The notes under the pieces were generated by a model. That model did no database searches. It worked only from the letters and a program-made list of their open reading frames with translations, and had not been told where the DNA came from. From assembly GCA_013115125.1 (NCBI GenBank), contig JABANN010000319.1, forward strand, positions 1-39,658: DNA of 39,658 nucleotides, read 5' to 3'. This DNA is from Perkinsus olseni (lineage: Eukaryota). The translations under genes were made by a program, and so were the position numbers. Below are positions 12,860 through 23,900 of this stretch, piece by piece (the stretch's first letter is position 1; each line of letters starts with the position of its first letter).

Positions 12860-13044
12860 AGCGTACAGAAGAACAAAACAGTCACTGTTGTGAGTCGTAC
12901 AGGCACAAGCAGTGAGAGCAGTAGGCCGGAGAAGTCTTATGTAAGATGCCTCATTCTCGGGTGAAGCGTAAAGTTTTCAAATAGCGTGTACGCAATGCGT
13001 ACTACGCATGCAGTTTTTCATTCTGCTCTCTGGAAGCCGAGGGC
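12860..13044 (+). repeat. Dispersed diverged repeat, copy 1 (copy 2 at 16461-16622)
   Basis: Shared collinear blocks agcgtac, tcactgttgtgagt, gcagtgag.gcagtaggccg, gatgcc..attctc, agcgtgta, ttcattctgctctc.gg.agccg. Confidence 0.8.
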
Positions 13045-13332
13045 TTCCAAATGCTTTGTGCTGATTTTTAGCGGGCACGACACAGAGAGAGTGTTAGAGC
13101 TCAGTTCCAAGATTTGTATCGGCCCGATACTATCGGGTAACCTGTTGTCATCGTCGAGGCAAAGAGAACTCGCACTCGGCAAAGACCACAGAAGCTCTTG
13201 ACTCCGTCACGCCAGTAGCTACTCACACTATAGCTGTTGACGAACAAGCTGCGTTCCACAACCGAGTTGAACGCGTTCGACAATATTTACAAGATGCCAG
13301 CTACTCATCCGTTCAAAAGAATTTCTCTCTAG

Positions 13333-14990
13333 GTGCGACTTCTGCCTACGACGTCGCGTGGAATCTTCTGCTCTATCTTCTGCTCCAGTATATACAAGAA
13401 TTGGAGGTTACTCGCTCTATGGTTCGTGACGAATCTGTTCATGCGGAGTCTATTCTCTTGTCACAACTCGCGATATACATGCAGTTCGGCGACATCCTCG
13501 CCGCCAGTAATGCCTCATTGCCAAGGCTTGCATGGTCAAGCTCGACTTAATTACTCTATTGACGACTTCCCCATATTTTACGGGGATTCAGAACCTCAGA
13601 ACCTCCGACCGTTTAAAGTAACCAATGTCACTTGCAAGTTTCAGAGACATGGTTATCGAGAATATAAAGGAATGCTTCTTTCACATCGTTATCGACATCC
13701 TTCGCTACATCGAGTTCTCCGTGGAGCTCCACCTGACATTCGCCCTCGACTACTGCTTGCCTATGATCGTCTTACAATGATTAATCCTCTGTATGCCCGT
13801 ATGGCTTTAAGCAGCAATGAGCAATATTCCATATCGTCTATTGGAATAGAGTGCGCGTTATTTCCTCATCTTTACTGGGAAACATCAATGTCAGAAAGTG
13901 TTCAATGCGCATATGCTACTTATAACGATCATCTATCTCTACAACTCTTTCGGCGATTTGAAGAGCGTGATATTCCTCATAATCTCCGCTTCTCTATGCG
14001 TCGGGCCTTTACAGTCAAAGCTTTAGCTACCAACTGTATAGACTATAGATATAATGCTCAGCTCTTGCGTTTTGAAGCTCAACGTCACTTATATCATCTT
14101 ATATCTGCCGCTCTTGTCGCTTCTAGACGTGTTCTGGCCCTTCGTCAGAATCCCGCAAATGGCCTTGCTTCAAAACCACTTGGTGAATATTACTGGCTAC
14201 GTCGATTATATTCCTTGCGAGATGTCACTTGGCAATTTGGCATGCCGAGAATATTCTTCCTCACTTGCAATGAGCGGTCTTTCGTGTGGCCTCAATGGTT
14301 GCAAAATGAAATGCGCCACACTCAATTATCTCTTTTTGATGCCGCATTTCCAAGTTGGAAGCATGAACGTGCAACGTTGTTGGAAATTCCAACAACGCTG
14401 CACGTTCATGCTGTCCTTACATATATCGTCACCGAGATTCTGGGTAAGAATCTTACCCTGTAATCTTCATTACGTCTTCAGATAATCATCGCCTTCGAGA
14501 GTCGTCTCTGCTGCACGCTGTAAACGAAGGGTCCTCGAATATCAGGGCAATGCCCTGAGGGCATCCTACTACAAGATCGAGTATCAGAAACGCGGCACTC
14601 TCCATTTGATTTATTTTGGCTTGAAGGTTGTCAGCACACTTCATTTTTCCGTCAATGACCAGCGCTTATCCTTCTCGCTCGTCTACTTTAGACGCCAAGT
14701 TTTCCTGGTCGAGTTTGTCGACCAGCCGGCCAGGCCGAAATTCCTACGCCGGTCTTATCGAGTTCTCCCGAGACACTCCAGTTGGCTGAGGGAGTCAGGC
14801 GCTACGGCTGCCACTACGGCGTAGTACGGCATGGCGCCCGCGTCGTATAGGGTGATGCTCCGGGACCCAAACCTGCGGTAGGCTTACCTGCGACTCGCAG
14901 GCTGCGAGGTTCATGCCATCAACTTGATGGTTACCAGCAGCCTCACTACGTGCTTTAACGTTGATATCCAGGATATCTCAAAGCTCCAAT
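13333..14990 (+). mobile_element. Decayed Helitron-type Rep (HUH rolling-circle endonuclease) coding remnant
   Basis: The 376-aa ORF has IECALFPHLYW and GEYYWLRRLYSLRDVTWQFGMPRIFFLTCNE (Rep motif-1 region). After a 38-nt intron (14444-14481) and a 14-nt insertion comes YYKIEYQKRGTLHL, then LFWLE in a shifted frame (Rep motif 2, second His lost). CFNVDIQDI lies at ~14950-14977. No PIF1 helicase was seen. Confidence 0.75.
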
Positions 14991-15396
14991 CTGTATCTCA
15001 TCAGCTTCTATCTGCAAACTTGTATATGCGCATGTGAGTTTGCAGACCTTAACGAGCTGGACAAATGATCTGTCACAAAGGGTGGTAGGGGTCTCACGGT
15101 TCGGTCGTCAGCGCTCCGACAGACCCAAGACTTGGGTCCAGCGTTGGTTATTGCACGAAAAAAACTCGTACATTTCATTCATGAAAGAATCGAGTCGAAT
15201 GAAATGGAAAAAAAGAGAAATTGAGAAGTAATCTCGGGGGCGCGCGCCTCGCGCGCGCACGTGTTCGGTTCTACGGTACAACCGGCCACAACGGTAGAAC
15301 TTCTACCGACTCGGTTTTGGCAATTTACTTCGCTCCGTCAAGCGCATCTGTTATCTAGCTCGCCTGTAACGCTCGAAACATCAACTGCCATCAATA

Positions 15397-17820
15397 GTGT
15401 ATCTCTCAGCATTGCGGTTCGATCGCGCGAGTGAAGTGACAAGGTTTCATCTTGAATCTCCCGAGGCTTCGACTTCACGTTTCCACGTATCATGTTCAGT
15501 TCGAAACTTTTCCTCTACAGATATGCCAATGCACGCAGCACTTGATGGATCGAGACCCGACGGCAACGTTGAACCTCAGAACTACCCCGATCTTCGCGAG
15601 TGTGCGTATTGCTCCAACTATCGGCTGGCCGAAGGGGGGCCCCCGCCAAGCGATTTGAGTACGTCACCGAGCATCGAAGAGCGCTCGCGTTTGGCAGCAC
15701 TGATCGACGATAAGTTCTTGATTCTCCACGGTGAGAACGGCGTCTACTGTGAGGTCAAGGATACGGAGTGGGACAAGTCAACAGGGTCGATGGGGCCACC
15801 GCCACTCGCTTATACCCCGCAAGGATATCTCGTTTGCCAAGATCAGTTGGAGAATATTTCATCTACTATGATGATTTAAACGTGAGGTCGGAGGAGAGTT
15901 ACACTGCTGCTGATCTAAGAAGGCGATACAGGGAAGGAGCGATAGTGTCTTCTGGTATTCCAGGTCTCAATCCGTGTAGATAGCCCAATGAGAACTATGC
16001 TACAGTATGGCCCACAGTGTGAAGTCTTCAAGACTTCAAGTTGCAGAGCCTCGAATTGAGGCTCAAGACTTGAGGCTCAAGTCTTGAGCACAAAGCACAG
16101 TGGGGCTATCGTTCTGAATCGCTGAGTCTATTAGACACTGTCCAAGTCCTTCGACTTCTGCGGTCTCTCCTGCCACCGAGCGCAGCGCCGTTGACCCGGA
16201 TCAATTGAGGAAGTCTGAATATGTCACTCGTCATTTTCTCAAGTATTTCAGGAAGGAGGAAGGAGTGGCTGCTATTCAGTTGGACGCCGGAGAGAAGTTT
16301 GAAACTCGCGTTTACGAGGAGAGCAGCCAAGGCAGATCGATACATCTTACACTATCCATCCACTAAAGAGAAGCTTGACAAGTATACCCAGAAATCCAGC
16401 ATCAACCTACCAAGAATCTCCACAAACTTTGATACTTCGGTCTATTATGGTAGGCGGCTCAGCGTACGGAAAAACGAAGCAATCACTGTTGTGAGTTGTA
16501 CAAGCGCGAGCAGTGAGCGCAGTAGGCCGTAAAACACTTATGACGGATGCCTTATTCTCTGGCGAACCGTGTCAACAGCGTGTATACACGCGGTATTCAT
16601 TCTGCTCTCAGGGAGCCGGGGCCTAATAATTGCGGCAATTATTAAGGACAATTATTAAGTCAATTGTCGTGTAGTCGACAATCCCTCAGGGAACGCCGTG
16701 GGCATCACTGATCCGGCTTGTTTTTGCCGAGATCGCTGATGCGAGCATCCGGCTCAATTTCGAAGCCGTACGCGAGGCTCTGCGCAACACGGCCGGTGGC
16801 GCTGATGTGCGCGTTCCGTGCGCCCGCTCTGATGCTGGCGTCGGAATAGTTAAGGCAGCACGCCTTACTTTCAAGGGGGCGTTCTGCCAAGGTTGTAGGT
16901 GGCACAGGGAGGGGATATACGGAAAAGCAAGTTCCCCGAATTGGAGAGAGAGTTGGCACTTCAGGTATCACGGTTACTTTCGGTCTCTCCTGATGATGCA
17001 GCCTATAATGGCTTGATCGCCTCTGACGCCGAACAACTGTTGTCCGACAACACCGTTCCGGTCAATGTGCGCGAGTATTTCCAGCTCCCTAGTAACGTCT
17101 AGGTATACGGTGATCCTCGGAGGCCTCCTACTGCGAATGAGCGCCTTAATACAGTTTTGCTCGATAATAATCTCAGTGAATCGCTGAATGCTTCTACGAA
17201 ACGTGCCTTCCAGTCAGGGCATAGGTTCAATAGCGGTAGCGAGGGAATCAGATTACCGTAATCCGGGGTACTGTGGATCATGGTTTTGGGGCGTACACGG
17301 TTCAATTGTCGCACTTCTAGTTTGCTTTCCAGATACTCACTTACGAGGGCATTTACCTAGAGCTGATGCTACGCTGGGAAGAGGGCTGTTCTCCCGCGAT
17401 AGTGCAATGCACTCTGCCGGATCGGAATGATTCCGGATTTCTGGTAACGAGAGCGACGCCGATAAAGCGAAACTAAGGTCTATTGAACCACCTTCTAGGT
17501 TGCTGGCTCTGACAGGCAGCAGAAGTTCCTAGTGAGCAGCGACGGAAAAACGAGACTATAAGTAGTTGAAGGACTGGGCGAAGAAGGTTCCCACTGGGAA
17601 CCTGGAATGGGAACTTCCCAGTATCTACGAGGTTAAGCTGTTCCAGCACTTTCCGCCTGACGTCCCTCCATTTCATACCTGTTCAATGAACAGTGTTCAT
17701 GCTTACGTTATGGGCAGTTGGGCTATTTCTCAGAGAAACTTTCTCTCACGTTCGGATGGTCAGGAATTAGAACGAAGGTTTTATCAAAGCTCTAGACAAG
17801 GAGATGGCTCGTTACATTGA
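15397..17820 (+). pseudogene. Degenerate coding remnants, probably transposon-derived; family not recognised
   Basis: Chain of protein-like plus-strand fragments broken by stops and frameshifts (ECAYCSNYR, GEYFIYYDDL, LIRLVFAEIADASIRLNFEAVREAL, LKDWAKKVPTGNLEWELP). No diagnostic motif. Confidence 0.25.
16461..16622 (+). repeat. Dispersed diverged repeat, copy 2 of 12860-13044
   Basis: Same collinear blocks as copy 1. Confidence 0.8.
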
Positions 17821-17992
17821 AGATAACCATTATGCCGATCATTTATTGTACATCTCGAATTGCGTTGGGATAGACGTTCCATCCACAGACCGCGGGAAGG
17901 CCCTTTCAAGATTCCAACTGACAGTACTCAAATAATCGCAATCGAGAAACAAATGAGAATACAATCACAGTTGCTCAGCCGAAAAAAGCTCT

Positions 17993-20900
17993 TCACTCCA
18001 TCTCTTCATCCAAATCTATATTGTGCTTCTTGCAGAAGGCGTGAATCTCGTCTCGAAGCTCCGGCAAAGACTCCAAATCTTCAACTCTGATCAAAGAGCG
18101 AATCTTTCCTTCAATGCTCTGTTGTCCGTTGTTTCCGTCATGTGCATTGGTGGACCTTAGATACGGCCCTTTCCACGCGGCAGCATAGAAAGTCAAAAAG
18201 CTCGAAGCTGGCGAGCTACACCACAGACTGTGACGCACTAGCGGTGAGAGATTCGGATTCGCCCGACAACAATCGTGCTTACTTCAACGGTTCTCGAGTG
18301 AAAGGATCGTGATCATCGGACAAAATGATGCGTACCTGGCAGTCAAGCGGACTGAGCTAATCACACAGTAATAAGGAACCGCTCACAATATGCCTCCTAT
18401 CCATGATCTGACCGGAGCCCGGCAGTCTCACCGGATCGATCATCACCTCAGCCATGATCGGGTCGAGATAGTTATCGGGTATCTAGTTACGTCATAATAG
18501 GCCGAGCGAAGCAGATTGTTGTCGGCCGAGTACCTCAACATTGTCCATCGCCTCCTCACGTTTGGACGCAGTGTCGTTCAGATGCTTCACGAACGCTTCG
18601 AACTCATTGAACTCATCGCCAACTAGCAACCGTTCCCGCCTTAGTATGGTCACAGCCTGAGAAAATGCAAGGTTGACCAAGGTGGGCAAGATTTTGCTCG
18701 ACCTTGTTGAAAGTCTGTGGACTGTAGTATCGCTGGTCATCAGCGACAATACGACTGATCTTCTCTGTTCCTCCGCCGCGCGCCAAGTAGACGTACCTGA
18801 TACAAAATAAAATACACCTGCAAGGGATCGAACCCGGGACCTACATTTCAGCCAACTTTCTAAGCAAATCCTTCGGGTCGAAATTGTACCTGATTATTGT
18901 TAAATATTTATGCTACCAGAGCGACTGCAACCTACTCGTTGAAGTCATAGCTCTTGCCCTTCAGCTCGAGGCACTTGGGACCGACCAGACGATCAATGCA
19001 TGGGTCAAGGCATGATGTAAGCATCTGCTCCAGCACCACCTGAAGAGCTAGAGGTGTCAGAAAAAATTATCAAACGTTTATCATGGTATCATACTCAAAA
19101 TTATTAAATAAATTGATCTAACATGTTAATGGAATTTCAAGCACTTGTGAAAAAACACATTTCGCGTTTCACATCTCGATTTTCACCGTTTCCCCTGCGC
19201 AAAAAACGGCAATACACGCAGTACTGGTGAAGATGCAATGCATTCCTCATGAGAAATTAAATATTCTAGGCAATATTGTGTAGAAATCTATATTTATATG
19301 TCTGTAAGGTTATAGTTAACATGAGGTATAAACTATAATATCAATATACATACCCACAGTGGAGAATCTCACCCGATCGTCCAAAATGACATTAGCGGCT
19401 TCTTTGCACATGGCATGCAAAGTGCTGACGGTCTGGTGGCCCATACTCATGTACTGCTTGCAATGGGCCTTGGCGTCCGTACGGGATCTCCGATACCTAA
19501 CCATCCAGGTTCGATCCCGGCACCTGCCACTTTACTTACATATCTTCACCGTTCACTTCGTCTTCCTCTTCGATACTTCGCTCAACTGAAACGCAGAAAA
19601 TACGGCGAGCCGGATGACCGTCCTCAACCCACCTCCCAGTCCCGCCGTGCCCTCCATGGGGTCATCGCTGCTGCCAGCAGCTTGATCTGAAGAATGCTGA
19701 TCCTAGCGGAGCGAAGCAGAAAATGAAGCTTACGTGATTCATGCTTTCTAATAGCCGTCAAAGAGTCCAAGCCCTGAGAGAAAAATGATGGGGAAAATCT
19801 CGCGCTCGACAGTTTGCGATCTGGCTCAATTTACTTTTTTCGAAGTTTTCCGTGGTTTTTTTCTGAATTATTATCTCTCATACGGGTTGGCTTCACTTAA
19901 CCAAGCCGTAGCCCCTCACGAAAATTTCCTTGGTTTTGATAGTCTACTTCTGCGTCGATTCATCTTGAAACGTCCGGCCCGAGGATTGAACCCGCGACCT
20001 CCGTTACCTCATCCAACAGATAAGTGGTGTCGTTCAGAAGCTGATTCACGAATTTGCAGAATTCCTCAGATTGTTCAACCGCGAAGGCCTGCAGTTGAGC
20101 TCGATGCTTCGGCAACGGTAGAACCTAAAACACGGAAATCTACACCAAAGAAAGCAAAACAGCGGCGGGAGGTTACCAATGGGAAAGTAGCATAAAAATC
20201 GGTGACCCACCTGTTCGAACAACTTCTGTATTGGTATCCTCAGCTCGAACTTCACGTGCATTCTAATATCATAATACGACTGCTTCGTCTTTTCAACGGC
20301 CGTGAACACTCTGAAAAGGACAGCTTTTGCACAACAAAAATCAACACTAAAATATAACAACTACGAAAGGTCTCATACCACTCCAATCCGAAATCACGGG
20401 ACACACGCTCTCACCTGATGCACGCAGGGACGATATTTCTCACACAAAAATCGGCACTCTCGATCTGGCGAGCGAAACGAGGCTGTTTCGAGAGTGACTT
20501 CAGAACCTGAGAGACGAGAAAAAATCCCGTCGGTGAAAGATTTATCCAAGATCTATATTCCTATTATTCAATATTCGGCGAGCGCAAAAAATCACAAAAT
20601 TGGTCATCATTCAGAGCGGCCTGTGAAATTCGGAGGAGCACAACTGAGCTGGAGTTCCCAAAACTATGAGGAATTAAAAGTATCAGTGCGATCCTCTAAT
20701 TCTAGGAGATATCTTTTTCTCGGTATCTTACCTTGGCAGCTTGACCTCGAACAGAAGGATTCTTGCACTTCTCCGAACCCAGTGTCCAAATCACAAACAA
20801 GAGCAACAGGTCACAATTAAGGCCGTTAAAGATATCGCCACGATTGCCACGATTCGTTTGCTCTACAATCTGACAGAGAGATACCGTTATGGGGATTCGA

Positions 20901-23900
20901 ACCCGGGACCTCTGCAAAACCCTCTACCTTGGACGTGTTCCGGTAGTAGTGCAAGACGTCGACGATGTCATCGATGATACACGTAGGTAAAACCTGGGAG
21001 TTGGAAAATACCGAAAAATACAAAAAAGGCGGAACGAAGCTCACCGCCATATCATCCGAAAGCTCGATGCTGGAATCATTCATGATGTTCAAGGCATACA
21101 CACCCTGAGGTATACCACCTAAAAAACGTGAAACGGCTGATCGATAAAGATACTCATACAATTCGCCGACTTCTGAGATTCGAACTTTCCGCATTCGAAT
21201 GGTAGAGTGACAAGAAATTATCCCGTAGTTTTCTGGAAATAAAATAAAATTTTACCTAAAAAATTCCGGAAATATCACCCCTACTTGAAAACACCAATAA
21301 TTACTTCTTACACGACTTAGTGAATATCGAATAGCGAATATGCTGTATCGAGTGGCGAGAAGTAGACATGATGAAGACGAAACCCAACGCAGTCCTTCTC
21401 AACCGACTTGAATAAGCCACGGTCACAATTATCAGATGGTCACAGCTCGAGGCTCGAGCCTCGAGCTGTTAAATCAGTACGAACTAGCCATTTCTGTCCC
21501 AAGCACGCTTGACCAAAGATGCGTCGAGCATCGTCCGAAGCCACCGAAGTCGCTTACTCGCAGCCGGCTTCGTTCTCTCCGGTGTATCATCCGGAATGAC
21601 CTTCACCAGGAACAGCGACATCATAAGGTTGATGCAGTGAGCCAGGGAATCCACGAACCTAGCATAAACATTAGAGGAAATGCAAGGCCTAGCAAGAGTG
21701 CAAGATCCCTCACTCACCTAGGAGAGTCCACTACGGAGTCGTAACAATGGTACTCAGCGTATCCGTCAGCCATAACTGAGAAGAAGCACAATTCTCGCGC
21801 GCCACGAAATTCACATAGAAGTCGCTTACGATCCATTTTCTGCTTCTGGTGGAACACTGACGCCGCCGATAACATTGTTTCTGCTTCTTTCAACGCCGGA
21901 CAAACAAAAATATGCAGAGCTTGGACGGCTTCCCAGAATATCTAAATTTTATGCTACAAACACAGCTACAACCTCTAAAAACGTTGATTTCGACCCATCC
22001 ATGAAGACTGGACTTCCCAACGTCAGAGTGGAACCGAATCCATAGCACGGCGAACTGTACGAGAGTCCGTATGAAAGAACGCGCGAACGAAATTTTCCGA
22101 AAACCATGACCGACCTGAGATACGAATTTCGTGGCGCGGTGAGGGTCCGGTCGAGGAACCTTCGCAATGGTGTCTGAGTCGCCCATCTTTGCTTCTTCTT
22201 GCAAGATACCCATAATCTGAGATGATCGAGTCAACTGCGGCATCATATGCGATCTTCTCAATGAGAAAATTGAAGCATTCTAAAAGTATCACTTAGAAAT
22301 CCTCATTGATACTTCCAGAATGGAGCATAGAGGGTCAAGTCAGGTCCAAGGAACGGCGATTTATCCGACCTACTCCGCATCTTACCGTCTTAACCTCAGG
22401 ATTCTCCGAGACCATCATGCTGCAATCGATCTCAGCACTCTGTTCCAGCTTGATGGGCAGGCACAGTTCAAATATAACCCAAGCCGTGTTCAAACCACAA
22501 CCGGTGGACACGACCTGAAGCAGGGGGAATCTTTCTACCCGTCTTCTGCACGCTTCAACCTACGCCTTTGATCTTTGTCAGCATCCCTTGAGACAAGAGA
22601 CGAAAACGCTCGAGGTTACCATCTGCACACAAAAACAATGGTTTACTCTCCTCGTCCTACGGCGCGGCGATGCGTGCAAATCGCGACACATCGTGGACCA
22701 CTGTGAGAATCTTCATACCGTGTTAATTGACATATTTCACGTTAATGAAGATGGTTTCGAGGTCCACACATGCCACCTATGATTCATGAATACCAATATA
22801 CAGCGAAGCCGTCATCAGAATAGCCAAGCCCGAGATTCCATCAAGAGTTAGTCGCATCGCCGCGAGATGCCAGCGATATTTGGGGATGGGGGAAGAAGCA
22901 CGTCCTAGGGTGCGATTTTCCCGTACTGACGACACCCGCCAGTACCTCATAGATGATAAAAGCGAGGGAAAACGACCGCATAGCGAATCGCTGCATGAGC
23001 AATCATGACATGCATCACCGTGTGAATCTCGACACCCTAATAATTATCAAGATTCATGATAATGAAGATGGTTTCAAGGTTCGTGCATTTCGATTATGAT
23101 TATGGATATGAAGCCGTCGTCGAAAATTCTAACAAGCGTTACTGGTTTCGTTGCGAGATGTCAGCGGCGATGCAAATGGTTGAATTACCAGAAGAAGCTT
23201 CGACCTTCAGAAAGGTCCCTTCCCCTACTCTACCGCGCGACGGAGAATTCCCACTCAATTCCCGCACGACCCTCCCCAGAAGAGAATTCTCGATACTCAC
23301 GTAGTTGGCTAGTAGCATGCTGGAGCTGGTCCGCCAAGGCAGCCCCATTGGGAGAGTTCTGATTCTGCCAGCCCATGGTCGCACGCTGAGCTGAGTTGGT
23401 GAGCGCTGAGGCTAGCCAGAGCAGCACCTGGAGGGCAAAATGGGGAAGAAATATTCTTCCGCAGTTCGCCACAGAAACCCAAAATCGATGCCGTGGGAGG
23501 GAAAAATCCTCACCACCCGGGAAGACCGGCATAGTCGGGAAGGTAAAAATTTTTAAGAAAATGCGGGAAACCCAAGGACATATCAGACCCCGTGAGGACG
23601 GTTCAGAATACGTTTAGTGTGTATTATTTGCTCTCAATACCCTGCCATTATTCTGGGTACATCCTCGAAGGAAAACTTCAAGAAAACTTTTGAAACTTTG
23701 ATAAGAAGGATAACCCTTCATATTATGCGGGACCGAACTATTTCGTTTGTGAATACAAGAGTCCCGTCAATACTGGGTCTCATGAGATTCTCGCCACCAA
23801 AGCGCTCGAGATCGGCCATACCCTTCACCAACCTTCATCCTAGTTTTCTCATTCGCCCTGAGAGCTGGCTGGATGATCTGCAATGTCTGGTCTATGACAG

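Noticed and set aside
20880-20960. tRNA-Cys-like gene (TTGCAGAGGTCCCGGGTTCGAATCCC)
   Set aside because: No D-arm or acceptor stem, and the upstream part is UFD2 coding exon. Kept only as a B-box motif.
21481-21503. Spliced-leader relic (tagccatttctgtcccaag)
   Set aside because: Several mismatches to the perkinsid/dinoflagellate SL, and it is antisense within the UFD2 gene.
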